A DNA stretch of 64,000 bases from an uncultured delta proteobacterium (GCA_963752595.1 CAVVYZ010000016.1:16471-80470); one strand, 5' to 3'. Shown: positions 30,789-42,377, counted from the first letter of the stretch. The notes: generated from the letters alone by a model not told the origin. Translations and numbers: made by a program.

Positions 30789-32057
30789 ATGCAGAGTGCA
30801 GAGAAGATAGCAACAGAAGTACCGGGTGAGATCATAAAAACCATGCCGAGGGGCATACCGCTCATCGGAGGCATCCTGGGAAGCACGATGTGCGGGCTGC
30901 TGCTGTACGCGTGGAGCGTGTTCATCAAACCCTTAAGCGCCGAGTTCGGCTGGACAAGGGCCGAGATCGCCATGGCCTTTGCCGTCTGCGCGCTTACCTT
31001 CGGCCTCACGACATTCATCGCAGGCAAACTGAGCGATAAGTACGGGCCGCGGGGTGTGGTGCTCGTCGGCTCCATCATCCTGAGCATCGGGTTCGTGCTC
31101 TCCGGGTTCATTCAGACCAAGGGCCAGCTCTACATTACCTATGGACTGATTTCAGGTTTCGGCGGCGGGCTCGTATATCTTCCGCCCATCGCAACCGCAC
31201 CGAAGTGGTGGCCCGACAGGAGAGCCCTCGCAACAGGCTTTGCCGTGGTGGGGCTGGGCCTGGGCTCATTTATCATGGCGCCGCTGGCCACTGCAATCAT
31301 CACCAATCCCAACCTCGGCTGGCGGTATGTGTTCATCTACGTGGGAATTGCCATGGGCATCATGGGCATCATCTCCGCATTCTGCCTCGATGTACCGCCT
31401 GCAGGATGGAAGCCGGCCGGCTACAATCCACCTGCGCCGTCTACAAGCAACCCCGGACAGAGACTTCGAGACTATACCTTCAATGAAACCATCAGGTCGC
31501 CCCAGTTCTGGTTCCTGTATATTGCCTACTTCTGCGGCTGCTTTGCAGGGCTCATGGTTATCGGCCATATTGCAGGCCACGGGAGAGATGCCGGGCTCCT
31601 GCCCATGCAGGCTGCCGCTGCGGTGAGCACCCTGGCGATATTCAATGCGGCGACGCGCATCCTGATCGGGGCCATTGCCGACAAGATCGGCACCAAGGGC
31701 TCGTTCGTCGGCATCTTCATTCTCCAGGTGGCAGCCATGACGCTATTATATCCTGCCGGGTCCTCGGCAGTGCTCCTGGCGGCGGTAGCCGCACTCATCG
31801 GATGGAATTACGGAGCCATGTTCACCCTGTTCCCCGCCACCTGCCTCCAGTATTACGGCCCGACGTCCCAGGGCTCCAACTACGGCCTGCTTTTCACCTC
31901 ATTCGGCCTTGCCGGATTTCTGGGCCCCTGGATCGGCGGCCTGCTCAAAGACACGACCGGGACGTACTATGCACCGTTTCTCGTCGGCGCAGCGATGGTG
32001 ACGATTTCAGTCGCCATTACCGCTTTCATCAAACAGCCGGAGAGGAAACCGCTATAA
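30789..32057 (+). CDS. OFA/SLC16-type MFS monocarboxylate (L-lactate) transporter, SfMCT-like
   Basis: [23 protein letters not shown] and [32 protein letters not shown] recall Syntrophobacter SfMCT; ~12 TM segments. Confidence 0.85.
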   Translation: MQSAEKIATEVPGEIIKTMPRGIPLIGGILGSTMCGLLLYAWSVFIKPLSAEFGWTRAEIAMAFAVCALTFGLTTFIAGKLSDKYGPRGVVLVGSIILSIGFVLSGFIQTKGQLYITYGLISGFGGGLVYLPPIATAPKWWPDRRALATGFAVVGLGLGSFIMAPLATAIITNPNLGWRYVFIYVGIAMGIMGIISAFCLDVPPAGWKPAGYNPPAPSTSNPGQRLRDYTFNETIRSPQFWFLYIAYFCGCFAGLMVIGHIAGHGRDAGLLPMQAAAAVSTLAIFNAATRILIGAIADKIGTKGSFVGIFILQVAAMTLLYPAGSSAVLLAAVAALIGWNYGAMFTLFPATCLQYYGPTSQGSNYGLLFTSFGLAGFLGPWIGGLLKDTTGTYYAPFLVGAAMVTISVAITAFIKQPERKPL

Positions 32058-32072
32058 AGAAATCATTTTGAA

Positions 32073-32125
32073 GAGCTTTCCCGGCGGCCTGGATTTACTG
32101 ATTATGATGGCTGCCGGGAAAGCTC
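32073..32125. terminator. Long inverted repeat after the MFS gene
   Basis: GAGCTTTCCCGGCGGCC...GGCTGCCGGGAAAGCTC. Confidence 0.55.
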
Positions 32126-32290
32126 GTGTTCGATTAAAATATCTTGAATATATCGCAGACCAGGAAAAAAAAGATCTCGACGGTGATGAGCAGGATGGTG
32201 ATCCACTCCAGGTTCGATAATGCTTGTGATATTACCCAGACGGCCGGTATTTTATTCATAATTCTCTTTCACTCTGCCGATAAATGGAGC

Positions 32291-32644
32291 ATGGAAAAAG
32301 ATCCAAGGATTGAAGCCCCTCTGAAGCAGGAACAGGATGTTCGGGCAGACTCAGACGCGCCCTTGGATCAGCCGATTTCTTCTTCCGCACTCAATGAGTA
32401 CACTCTACGCTCATGTCTGCTCCGTTTCGTGGGTATTGCATTCCTCGGCATGTTCATAGACATCGTCATCTTCTGTCTTTCTGCCCTGGCAGTGTTTATG
32501 GGATACCGGTTCTCGACTATCGGGCTCTATTATACCCTGATTGAAGTTCCGCTCATCTGCGGCATCCTCGGTATCTTCTTTTTCGAAGAGATGTTTGATG
32601 TTGCCGCCGAAGTAGCCGGAAAGATCCCCCGGTTCGGACGATAG
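32291..32644 (+). CDS. Small membrane hypothetical protein
   Basis: ATG 32291 after GGAG; two hydrophobic segments. Confidence 0.55.
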   Translation: MEKDPRIEAPLKQEQDVRADSDAPLDQPISSSALNEYTLRSCLLRFVGIAFLGMFIDIVIFCLSALAVFMGYRFSTIGLYYTLIEVPLICGILGIFFFEEMFDVAAEVAGKIPRFGR

Positions 32645-32729
32645 AGCAAAGATTCCCGCTTTTGATAATACTGCAGACAAGTTTGCCCTCCCGGAATCTC
32701 TACGCCTTCAATAAAATCCGACCGGACTT

Positions 32730-33589
32730 TTACTTCACGACAGCCGGTGATTCCCCCGCTGCATCAGATGCAGGCGCGAACAGGATCAGAGAGCCGCATC
32801 CCGAGCAGACGAGCTTGCGGCTGCCGAAGCGCGGGGAGATCTCATAGGGATGCCCGCAGGTTCTGCAGGTGATTGTCTGCCATTTTCCCGGCGTCAGCTT
32901 TGCCGCCTGGGGAGAAGTCTGCCCAAGCCCTCTGTAATCCTGAGCCTGGCTTTCCGAACGAGCCGGGGCCAAGGAGTTCATGGCGGCAGAGGCAGCCGGA
33001 ACCGCCCCCATCGTCTTTGCCTCCGGCACCGGTACGGCATGTTCCCGTTTGCAGCGAGGGCATCCGATCTTATCCCCTGGATATTCGGGAGGAAGCTTTA
33101 TTTTCAACCCGCACGGGCAGGTGATGAATGCAAAGTTGTTCATCGCCCGGATGATGTCTCCTGCCCTTCTCCTGCTTTCAGCCGGGGATGGTGCGGCAGC
33201 AGCCCCGGATTCATACGGCACCCTGATCTCGACCTTGCCCGGGTCTTTCAGATCAGCCGCAGGGATCAGCACCCGGCGCTTGCGGGTAACCCGGATGTAG
33301 GCCTTCATGTAATCGAGATACCCTGCACCCCGGCTCATCGCCCGAAGGACCATGATGCGCTCGGAAAGCGGCGGGTGCGTGGCGAAGACGCTGTCGTGTA
33401 TGCTCTGCATGTTCGGATTGACGATGTAAAAGGGAGCGGTCACCGATTGCGAGGCTATGAGCTTTTCCGTGCTGCTCCCGATTTTTTCCAGGGCGGAAGC
33501 CGGATGCCTTCGCACCGGGTGCAGTAGTCGATCTCGATGCGGTCGAACTCAAGGGTAACGAGGATGTCACCACATTGCGGGCATTTCAT
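32730..33589 (-). pseudogene. Deletion chimera: zf-TFIIB-type N-terminus joined out of frame to the C-terminal part of an M48/HtpX-like peptidase with Zn-ribbons
   Basis: ATG 33589 gives MKCPQCGDILVTLEFDRIEIDYCTRCEGI, then an abrupt switch at ~33500 to ASALEKI..FATHPPLSERI. No HExxH motif is present. Confidence 0.65.
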
Positions 33590-33648
33590 AGGATGTGCTT
33601 ATAGCATGGTTTTTCATGCCTCGGATAGAAGCAACATCGGGAGCATGA

Positions 33649-34299
33649 TCACTTCCCGGGCAGTCTTTCCTTGAAGCTTTCCTCAAAAGAGCTGTACTGA
33701 GCCATATGGGCCTTGGCATATTCGCGGTAGGTAGGATCCTGCGACCCGGCATACTTGACCGTCTTTTCAATGGATGCTTCGAGGCATGACAGCTGGAGCA
33801 GCTTGATATCCCGCACGAGGAGCAGCGAGAAATCCGGGATCCTGGACTGTTTCCATGTGTTTATGAGCTCTACCAGGCTGCCTTCGAGCGCCTTCAGGTC
33901 GGATATGAAAGCCTTTTTCTCTTTGCGGGTCAGGTTTTTTATTCCCGGGCCTGCTGCCTTCTCGGAAATAAAGGCAACATTAGCGGCCTGCATATCCGCG
34001 ATAACCTTTTCCCTCTTCAGGAATTGAGCTGCCTCGCTGCTGAAGGCATTCATGACCGCAGTATGCCCTTTTACTTCATCCGGGGACATGTTCCGGGCTG
34101 TAATGCTTTCGATCTCATAGACATCGACGGGCGTGGCGCCTTCGGAAAGAAAGAGCTCACTACCCTCGATCCAGTAGGCTTTTGCGTATATGACCTTACC
34201 GCTGAAGTAGGTGACCGTATAATCCGCCCATAACGGTCCGGCAGAGAAGACTGCCAGGACAAGACCTGTTATGGATATTATTGCTGCTCGCCTGAGCAT
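33649..34299 (-). CDS. Exported hypothetical protein
   Basis: Signal-peptide-like N-terminus; start overlaps the pheT stop. Confidence 0.7.
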   Translation of the reverse strand: MLRRAAIISITGLVLAVFSAGPLWADYTVTYFSGKVIYAKAYWIEGSELFLSEGATPVDVYEIESITARNMSPDEVKGHTAVMNAFSSEAAQFLKREKVIADMQAANVAFISEKAAGPGIKNLTRKEKKAFISDLKALEGSLVELINTWKQSRIPDFSLLLVRDIKLLQLSCLEASIEKTVKYAGSQDPTYREYAKAHMAQYSSFEESFKERLPGK

Positions 34300-36653
34300 T
34301 ACTGCCGTAAGGTGATGCCGAGCTCTTTCTGAAGCGCACTCATGATCTTTTCCTGCAGCGGGGCCAGTATCGAATCTTCCAAGGTCCTGGTGGAGGACTG
34401 GTATGTGAGCCGTATGGTAATGCCCTTCTTACCCTGGGGCAGCTTTTCCCCGGTATACAGGTCGACAGCCGTCACCGTGCGCAAGTCTGCGATGTGCCTG
34501 CCCTCGATCACCTTAAGGATCTCTGCGAAAGGAATCCCCTCATCGGCAACCAGTGAGAGGTCCCTCCAGGTCATGGGGAACTTCGGAATTTCCTTCAATC
34601 CCTGCCACCGGCTTCCCTGGAGGGCATCAACGGAAAGCTCGGCCGCATATACCTCATCCGCGATATCGAGCATCTCCAGTATATCTCCATGGAGCGCCCC
34701 CATGTGTCCCACGTGCCGGGAATCAAGTAAGACGTCTGCCTGACAGCCGGGTTTGTAGAAGATACGCTCCGAAGGCCTGACCGTAATCCCCGGGAGAAGC
34801 GCCTCCACGATCCCCTTGATGTCGTAGAAATCCACTTCGCGCGGCGTTGACGCCCAGCCGGTGTCCTCGCGCTGGCCGGAGACGGCGATACCAAGTTTCT
34901 GAGGCTCATCCGGCAGATTCCCTTTTCCCTTCGGGTAAAAGCACTTGCCGATCTCGAAGATGCCGATGTCTTTCTGCTGCAGGTTCTTGTTCCTGGCCGT
35001 GACGGTGGCGAGGCCGGGTATCAGCGAGGTGCGCATGATCTTCATTTCGTCGGAGATGGGGTTCAGGAGCTCGAGGACGCTGTCCCCGAAGAACCTCGCC
35101 CACTTGGGCGAGATGAAGGAATAATTGACCACTTCGGTGTATCCCATGGCGCACAGGCTGGTGCGCAGGTCGTTGAAGTTCAACCGTTCGACCGGGGATA
35201 CCATGGGCTTGAACGTGGGAAGTTCGGGCCGTACATTGTCCATGCCGTACACCCTGATGAATTCCTCCACGAGGTCGATCTCCCGGGTCACGTCATGGCG
35301 GAATGCAGGCACTCTGACCTTCCAACCCGAGTCGGCCTTCTCGAGGCCGAACCCGAGCCTGGTCATGATGCCTTCTATCTTTGCATCCCCGGCTTCCTCG
35401 ATACCGAGGACCTTGTACAGGTATGCCTTCCTGAAATATATGGGCTTCGGCTCGAACTTAAAATAATTTACATCGATCACGCCCTTGTAGACCTTTGCAT
35501 CTGCGAGAACCTGCATGAGATATGCTGCACGGGTTGCCGCATCGGCCTGGATCGTGGGATCGATCCCGCGTTCGAAGCGGTATGACGCCTCGGTGGAGAG
35601 GCTCAATCCCTTCGATGTCCTGCGGATGCCTATGGGGTCGAAGAATGCGCTTTCGAGAGCGATCTTCGTGGTCGTCTCCTGTGTTTCGGAGTTCTCTCCT
35701 CCCATTACGCCTGCCAGGGCAACGGGCTTTTCCTTGTCGCAGATGATCAGATCGACTGCCCGCAGGCGCCGGTCGACAGAATCAAGGGTGGTGAATTCCT
35801 CACCCTCAATGGCCTTTCTCACGACGATGCCCCTGCCCGCTATCAGGGTGTAGTCGAACGCATGCAGCGGCTGTCCGTATTCGAGCATCACGTAGTTCGT
35901 AATATCGACGATGTTGTTGATGGCACGCACGCCCGCCTGGAAAAGCCTTCTTCGCATGGAGAACGGGCTCTTCCTGATTTTCACGTCCTCGACCACCCGG
36001 GCGGCATACCGTGGGCATGAGTCCGGCGCGAGGATCTCGACGGATAGAAGACTTTCCACCGGCGTATCAGTCTCGACAAGGAGATTATTCGGAAGTTTGA
36101 GCTCTGTGCCGAACACGGCTGAAATTTCCCGGGCTATGCCTATTACTGAAAGCTCATCGCCCCGGTTCGGGGTCACGTTGATCTCGAAAACCCAGTCTTC
36201 GAGATCGAGGGCGTCGATCAGGATGTCGCCCGGCTTGAGGTCTGCTTCGATCTCCATGATGCCGGTGTGGTCGTCGGTGAGCCCCAGCTCCCTCTCGGAA
36301 ACGAGAACACCGTAAGATTCCTGGCCCCTGAGCTTGACCTTCTTGACCACCATGCCCTGGCCCAGGTCGGCGCCGATGGGTGCGAAAGCGCTGATCATGT
36401 CCGGCCGGCAGTTGGGTGCGCCGCAGACGACCTGGAGGGTCTCTGTCCCGGTGTCCACCATGCAGATTTTCAGCTTCTCTGCATCCGGGTGAGGCCTTAC
36501 TTCCACGATCCGTGCCGCGATGATCTCTCGGGGAATCTTTTCATGGACGATCCCCTCCACCTCGGTGCCGCTCATGGTCAATGCCCTGGCGACTTCGAGG
36601 GCGTCCTTGTCCACGTTCACATAATCTCTGATCCACTTATAGCCGAGCTTCAT
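34299..36653 (-). CDS. pheT: Phenylalanine-tRNA ligase beta subunit
   Basis: HPDAEKL, VVCGAPN, TPNRGD.LS, NIVDITNYVMLEYGQPLHAFD, EIDLVEE, RDLSL. Confidence 0.98.
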   Translation of the reverse strand: MKLGYKWIRDYVNVDKDALEVARALTMSGTEVEGIVHEKIPREIIAARIVEVRPHPDAEKLKICMVDTGTETLQVVCGAPNCRPDMISAFAPIGADLGQGMVVKKVKLRGQESYGVLVSERELGLTDDHTGIMEIEADLKPGDILIDALDLEDWVFEINVTPNRGDELSVIGIAREISAVFGTELKLPNNLLVETDTPVESLLSVEILAPDSCPRYAARVVEDVKIRKSPFSMRRRLFQAGVRAINNIVDITNYVMLEYGQPLHAFDYTLIAGRGIVVRKAIEGEEFTTLDSVDRRLRAVDLIICDKEKPVALAGVMGGENSETQETTTKIALESAFFDPIGIRRTSKGLSLSTEASYRFERGIDPTIQADAATRAAYLMQVLADAKVYKGVIDVNYFKFEPKPIYFRKAYLYKVLGIEEAGDAKIEGIMTRLGFGLEKADSGWKVRVPAFRHDVTREIDLVEEFIRVYGMDNVRPELPTFKPMVSPVERLNFNDLRTSLCAMGYTEVVNYSFISPKWARFFGDSVLELLNPISDEMKIMRTSLIPGLATVTARNKNLQQKDIGIFEIGKCFYPKGKGNLPDEPQKLGIAVSGQREDTGWASTPREVDFYDIKGIVEALLPGITVRPSERIFYKPGCQADVLLDSRHVGHMGALHGDILEMLDIADEVYAAELSVDALQGSRWQGLKEIPKFPMTWRDLSLVADEGIPFAEILKVIEGRHIADLRTVTAVDLYTGEKLPQGKKGITIRLTYQSSTRTLEDSILAPLQEKIMSALQKELGITLRQ

Positions 36654-36664
36654 GGCTTCCCTTT

Positions 36665-37669
36665 TCAGGTAAACTGTCCGAGGAATCTCAAATCGTTGTC
36701 GAAGAACTGCCGGATATCGTCGATCCCGTATTTGAGCATGGCTATCCTCTCGATGCCGAGGCCGAATGCAAAGCCGGTTACGGCTTCGGGATCGATGTTC
36801 ACGTATTTATACACTTCCGGGTCCACCATGCCGGAGCCCAGGATCTCCAGCCATCCGGAATTCTTGCATACCCTGCATCCCTTGCCCTTGCAGATGATGC
36901 AGCCGATATCCACTTCTGCGGACGGCTCGGTGAAGGGAAAGAACGACGGCCGGAAACGCAAAGGAACGTCCTTGCCGAAAAGCCGGTGGATGAACTCGTA
37001 GAGCACGCCCTTTAAGTGTGCAAAGGTGATGCCTTCCTCGACCCATAAACCCTCGATCTGGTGGAACATGGGCGTGTGGCTCACGTCGGAATCGCACCGG
37101 TACACCTTGCCCGGCGCGATGATCCGGACCGGCAGCCCGCTTTTTTCCATCACCCTGATCTGAACCGGCGAGGTATGCGTGCGCAGCAGGATGCCCTGCT
37201 GGAAGTAGAAGGTGTCCTGCATGTCTCTGGCAGGATGGTGCTCCGGGATATTCAGCGCCTGGAAGTTGTGGTAGTCGTCCTCCACCTCTGGCCCTGAGGC
37301 AATGGTGAATCCGAGGCTCAGGAAGATATCTTCGAGTTCCCGGATCACGGAATTGATAATATGGATTCCCCCCTTCCTGGGGGCTCTCCCGGGCAGGGTC
37401 ACATCGATGCCCGGGCCTGCCGAAGCCTTTTGAAGTTCATCGGTTTTCCGTGCAAGGGCATCTTCCATGAATGTTTTCAATTCATTGGACAATGCTCCGA
37501 TACGGGGCCTCTCTTCGGCGGACAATGTCCCCATCTGGCGGAGAATGGAGGTCAGAGCCCCCTTCCTCCCCAGATATTTGACCCGCATGGGCTCAATATC
37601 GTCAGGTCTCTGTATGGAATCGAGTTCTTCGCTAAAGGACTGCTTTAAGGCTTCTAGCTGGTTTTCCAT
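36665..37669 (-). CDS. pheS: Phenylalanine-tRNA ligase alpha subunit
   Basis: HPARDMQDTF, LRTHTSPVQ, HTPMFHQIEG, FPFTEPS, GFAFGLGIER. Confidence 0.98.
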   Translation of the reverse strand: MENQLEALKQSFSEELDSIQRPDDIEPMRVKYLGRKGALTSILRQMGTLSAEERPRIGALSNELKTFMEDALARKTDELQKASAGPGIDVTLPGRAPRKGGIHIINSVIRELEDIFLSLGFTIASGPEVEDDYHNFQALNIPEHHPARDMQDTFYFQQGILLRTHTSPVQIRVMEKSGLPVRIIAPGKVYRCDSDVSHTPMFHQIEGLWVEEGITFAHLKGVLYEFIHRLFGKDVPLRFRPSFFPFTEPSAEVDIGCIICKGKGCRVCKNSGWLEILGSGMVDPEVYKYVNIDPEAVTGFAFGLGIERIAMLKYGIDDIRQFFDNDLRFLGQFT

Positions 37670-37672
37670 CTA

Positions 37673-38020
37673 TTATGATTGAACGACAGCCTCGACTATA
37701 TAAGAAAAGCCTTTGGGATCGGTGACCGCGATGTCTGCAAGCACCTTCCTGTCCAGATCCACGCCCTTGGTGCTGAGCGCATGGATGAACCTGGAATAGG
37801 TGTATCCCCTCTCTCTCAGAGCAGCATTGATACGTGCGATCCAGAGCGACCGGAACTCGCGCTTCCTCACCCGCCTGTCGCGATATGCATATGCGAGGCC
37901 CTTGTCCAAGGTCTCCAGAGCTGCCCTGAGAAGATTTCTCCTGCCGCCCACATAACCCTTGGTGAGCTTGTGCAGCTTTCTCTTCTTCCTGACTCCTATC
38001 TTACCACGTTTTACTCGCAT
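37673..38020 (-). CDS. rplT: 50S ribosomal protein L20
   Basis: MRVKRG..AYRDRRVRKREFRSLWIARINAA..DRKVLADIAV. Confidence 0.98.
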   Translation of the reverse strand: MRVKRGKIGVRKKRKLHKLTKGYVGGRRNLLRAALETLDKGLAYAYRDRRVRKREFRSLWIARINAALRERGYTYSRFIHALSTKGVDLDRKVLADIAVTDPKGFSYIVEAVVQS

Positions 38021-38032
38021 TTCTTAAACCCC

Positions 38033-38227
38033 TTATAGATATGGCAACATCCGCTTGACACCGCCAAGGTTGGCCGAATCAACCAGAGCTGATCTTCTTA
38101 AATGGCGTTTCTGTTTCCTTGTCTTAGACGAGAGGAGATGGCTTGCAAATGCTTTGCTCCTCTTGATCTTCCCGCTGCCGGTAGCGGTAAACCTCTTTGC
38201 TGCGCTCCTGTTTGTCTTCAGTTTCAT
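38033..38227 (-). CDS. rpmI: 50S ribosomal protein L35
   Basis: [29 protein letters not shown]. Confidence 0.97.
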   Translation of the reverse strand: MKLKTNRSAAKRFTATGSGKIKRSKAFASHLLSSKTRKQKRHLRRSALVDSANLGGVKRMLPYL

Positions 38228-38244
38228 TTCTTTACTCCTCTTTT

Positions 38245-38784
38245 CTACTTCGGGGCGAGCATCATGATCATGGTACGGCCTTCAGCCTTGGGCTCGGACT
38301 CGACGGATGCGAGATCGACCAGATCGACCTTGATCCTTTCGAGCATCTCCATTCCCTTATCCATGTGTATGATCTCCCGTCCTCGGAAGCGTACAACAAC
38401 CTTTACTTTATTTTTGGACTCCAAGAACCGCTGAATGTGCTTCATCTTGAACTGGTAATCGTGTTCATCGGTCTTAGGCCTGAATTTTATCTCCTTGATG
38501 ACGACTACCGTCTGCTTTTTCTTTGCAGCACTTTCCCGCTTCGCCTTCTCATACTTGAATTTGCCGTATTCCATGATGCGGCAGACAGGAGGGGTGGCCT
38601 TTGGAGCAATTTCAACGAGGTCCATTCCGAAATCCCGCGCCCTGTCAAGAGCTGCAGGCACGGTCATGATCCCCAACTGCTCTCCCTCAGGAGAAATAAC
38701 CCGGACGCTGTCAGCGACAATCCCGTTATTAATCCTGATGGTATCCTTGTCTTTCCCGGTTTTTTTAAAGCCGATCTTAGCTAT
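38245..38784 (-). CDS. infC: Translation initiation factor IF-3 (probable ATA start)
   Basis: [45 protein letters not shown] precedes the in-frame ATA at 38784 at normal spacing. Confidence 0.95.
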   Translation of the reverse strand: MAKIGFKKTGKDKDTIRINNGIVADSVRVISPEGEQLGIMTVPAALDRARDFGMDLVEIAPKATPPVCRIMEYGKFKYEKAKRESAAKKKQTVVVIKEIKFRPKTDEHDYQFKMKHIQRFLESKNKVKVVVRFRGREIIHMDKGMEMLERIKVDLVDLASVESEPKAEGRTMIMMLAPK

Positions 38785-38851
38785 AACGCCCTCCATACTT
38801 TTAAAATTACGCGCCTTTGTAACCCACAGATGGACCGATTGTCAATACGGA

Positions 38852-40737
38852 TTAGATCACGGGCTGTGCATCTTTCACGATTTTTATGAAATCGTCTATT
38901 CCCATGGCCTTCTGATCGCCGCTTCTCTCCCGTACGGTTATCGTACCTTCTTCCTTTTCCCGGTCTCCGATCACGACCATATACGGAACTTTCTGCAGCC
39001 GTGCTTCCCTGATCTTAAAGCCGATCTTCTCGTTTCTCGTATCGAGCTCAATGCGGACGTCGTTGGCCCTCAGTTTCGCTGCAACCTGGTCTGTATAGTC
39101 TGCCTGTGCATCGGTAATATTCATAATTATTGCCTGAACCGGAGAAATCCATACCGGAAATGCCCCGGCAAAATGCTCGATGAGCACGCCGATGAACCGC
39201 TCGAGCGATCCGAGGATAACCCGGTGGAGCATGACCGGCCTGTGACGCCCGCCGTCCGATCCGATGTAATGGATGTCGAAGCGTTCGGGCAGGTTGAAAT
39301 CGCACTGGATCGTTGCGCACTGCCACGACCTGCCGATGGCGTCCTTGATCTTTACATCGATCTTGGGGCCGTAGAATGCGCCGTCCCCTTCATTGATATC
39401 ATAGGGAAGCCCTTTTTTATCAAGGGCATCCTTGAGTGCTTTCGTGGCCTGATCCCACATCTCTTCGGAGCCCATGGACTGCTCGGGCCTGGTGCTGATT
39501 TCCATGCTGTAGGAGAACCCGAAGATCGCCATGACCTCGGCGACCATGTCGATGATAGCGGTGATCTCGTCAATGAGCTGGTCCGGCCTGCAGAAGATGT
39601 GTGCATCGTCCTGGGTGAACTGACGGGTGCGGAGCAGCCCGTGGATGACTCCCGATTTCTCGTTCCGGGTGACGCTGCCCAGCTCGAAATACCGTAAGGG
39701 AAGGTCCCGGTAGGAACGGATCTTGGATTTATAGATCACGATGTGGGAGAGGCAGTTCATGGGCTTGATGCCGTAGACCTGCTCGTCGAGCTCGGTGAAA
39801 TACATGTTCTCTTTGTAGTTTTCCATGTGCCCCGAGATCTCCCAGAGCCTTCCCCGCAGGATGTTCGGCCCGTAGACGATATCATAGCCGCGCCTGAAGT
39901 GGAGCTTCTTCTCGAAGTCTTCGATGAGCGACCTGAGCTTGCCGCCCTTGGGCATGTAGATGACCAGGCCCGGGCCTGCATCTTCGGAAAACATGAACAG
40001 ATCGAGCTCGCGCCCGAGCTTCCGGTGGTCTCGCTTCTTCGCTTCTTCGAGGAAGTTGAGGTATTCCTTAGGGCTTTCGGGGGGCAAAGGCGGTCCCGTA
40101 GATGCGCTGAAGCATCTTGTTTTTCTCGTTCCCCGCCAGTAGGCACCGGCAACGGACAGGAGCTTGAACGCCTTGACGTATCCGGTGGACGGGACATGGG
40201 GGCCGCGGCACAGGTCTATAAAGGATCCCCTGCTCATAGACGTGACCTTGTCGATCTCTTCGCCCATATCCTGGATGATCTCGACCTTGTACGGCTCGCC
40301 CTTTTCCTTGAAAAAGGCGATCGCCTCGCTCTTTTCCATCTCTTTGCGGTAAAGGGCTCGTTCTTCCCGATCAGCTCTTCCATCGTATCCTCGATCTTTT
40401 CGAGGTCCTCGGCGGAAAAACTATCCGAGCGGTCAAAATCGTAGTAGAAGCCTTCCTCGGTTGCCGGCCCGATGGTGGGCTTGGCATCGGGGAATAGCCG
40501 TTTTACCGCCTCGGCCATGATATGGGCGGCCGAATGGCGGATGATGTGCATGCCCTCTTCGAGAGTCGGCTTCCACGGTTTCAATGGACTGTCCGCTCGC
40601 AAGGGGGGCTGGACAGATCCGCACAGATTACCGTCTACACGCGCTGCAACGGCACGCTTGTCCCGGATGACATCCCTGATGATCGATCCTTCCGTGGTAA
40701 CGCTCTTGCCGTCCACGGTAACGGTTATCTGAGGCAT
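38852..40737 (-). CDS. thrS: Threonine-tRNA ligase (frameshifts in 5' part)
   Basis: [67 protein letters not shown]. Confidence 0.97.
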
Positions 40738-40755
40738 AGATTCTCCATAAAAAAA

Positions 40756-40830
40756 TGGTAGGCACGCAGGGATTTGAACCCCGGACCCCCACCGTGTCAA
40801 GGTGGTGCTCTCCCACTGAGCTACGTGCCT
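40756..40830 (-). tRNA. tRNA-Val(GAC)
   Basis: AGGCACGTAGCTCAG..CCACC-TTGACAC-GGTGG..GGTTCAAATCC..CGTGCCTACCA cloverleaf with encoded CCA. Confidence 0.97.
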
Positions 40831-41006
40831 GTGACTGCCTTTTCGTTATCCTGTATCTTTGCCATTTGTCAATCGGTTTTTGATGCGGCTATATCGCGCC
40901 TGTCCATTTTTATCTTGAATGATTTTCAATGACCGGATAGCCTGACCATCTCGTATACCGATAGGTGCGATAAGAAAATATTATTTATTTAAGAAGGAAA
41001 CGATTC

Positions 41007-41591
41007 ATGGATATCCCGGCACATGAGATTGCCTTTGACTTCGACGGCGTAGTGGCAGACACCTTCCGGCTGTTCGTCGAGATGGCAAAAAAGGAATATA
41101 ATGTCGACATTGATTATGAAGAAATCACCGAGTACGATTTCATGCGCGTGGTGAAGATGGATTATGAGAATGTCGCGCAGATTTTCGAAAGACTCAGTAT
41201 CTATCCCCATGAGCTCGACCTGAAACCGAACTCGGGAGCAGCCGAAGTCCTTGCCCGGCTGGCGAAAACCGCGCCTCCGCTGTCCGTAGTCACTGCACGC
41301 CACATTGGAGAGCCGGTGCACCGCTGGTTCGAAAAGAACATCCCGCAGATCGGCGCAGGCTTTCTCAAGGTCAGTGCAACGGGCGAGAGCACGGCAAAGC
41401 TCAGCATCCTTAAAAGTCAGGGCATAAAATATTTTGTCGAAGACAGGGTCGATACCTGCCATCTCCTCGCCAAGGAAGGGATCACGCCGATTATCTACGA
41501 TCAGCCCTGGAACCGCGAAGGCCACTCATACACGGTGGTGAAAAGCTGGAACGATATCTCTGCACTGATCGACTGGGAAAGCTGCAGGTAA
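41007..41591 (+). CDS. HAD-superfamily 5'(3')-nucleotidase-like protein
   Basis: AFDFDGVVADT, VVTAR, FVEDR, QPWN, VKSW. Confidence 0.8.
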   Translation: MDIPAHEIAFDFDGVVADTFRLFVEMAKKEYNVDIDYEEITEYDFMRVVKMDYENVAQIFERLSIYPHELDLKPNSGAAEVLARLAKTAPPLSVVTARHIGEPVHRWFEKNIPQIGAGFLKVSATGESTAKLSILKSQGIKYFVEDRVDTCHLLAKEGITPIIYDQPWNREGHSYTVVKSWNDISALIDWESCR

Positions 41592-41625
41592 CCTTCCCCT
41601 CTTTTCAAGGAGAGGAAGAATCGTT

Positions 41626-42377
41626 TTACTCGTCTTCCTTCAGGGCCTTGCTCAAGGATTTTTCAATGTAATCGATGTGCTCGATCGTGAGCGCCTTGGC
41701 GGCGTCCGGATCTTTCCGATCGATCGCATCGATGATCTTATCAGCTGCTCGACGATCTCGTTCGAGCAGTTATCCACCCGTGAAAGCTTTTTCCTGCTGT
41801 AGGGGAACGCACCCGTGAGTACGTGTGGCAATGCTCTCTCTGCAGGTGGACAAAGATGGTGTTCTCGGGTCGAATCCGCCAGGATGTCGAAGAAATCCGA
41901 ATAGAGCCTGCCTCCTTCCTTGGAGGTAAGGACATTCTCCGACACCGATATTCCCGATCCTCTCCACGAGCTTGTTGAAACGCTTCTTCTGATCTTTGGC
42001 AGCATTCTTTGCAGCAAGATAGCAGCCTCGGAGTCGATGAGCCTCCGTACGGCGAGGAGCTCCCAGATCTTCTCATGGTCGATGGAAATCAGGTCCTCTA
42101 TGGAAGACTTCACATTATCGGTCAGGGACCTGACATATTTGCCTTTCCTGTCCCTGGATTCGATATATCCTTTTGCCTCGAGCAGCTTCATGGCCTCGCG
42201 CAGCGAGATCCGGCTGATGCCGAAGAGCTCGGTCATCTCCTGCTCGGAAGGGAGCTTTTCTCCTATCTTGAGCTTTCCCTGGGAGATGAGCTCGATGATC
42301 TGGTTCATCACCAAGGTAGGAATATCCGGAGATTTTTCGATACGGGATAGTCCTGGGAATTTCGTTTTCTTTATCAT
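41626..42377 (-). CDS. GntR/FadR-family regulator (frameshifted)
   Basis: GEKLPSEQEM..FGISRISLREA..LEAKG, LLAVRRLID; FCD region broken by indels. Confidence 0.85.
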
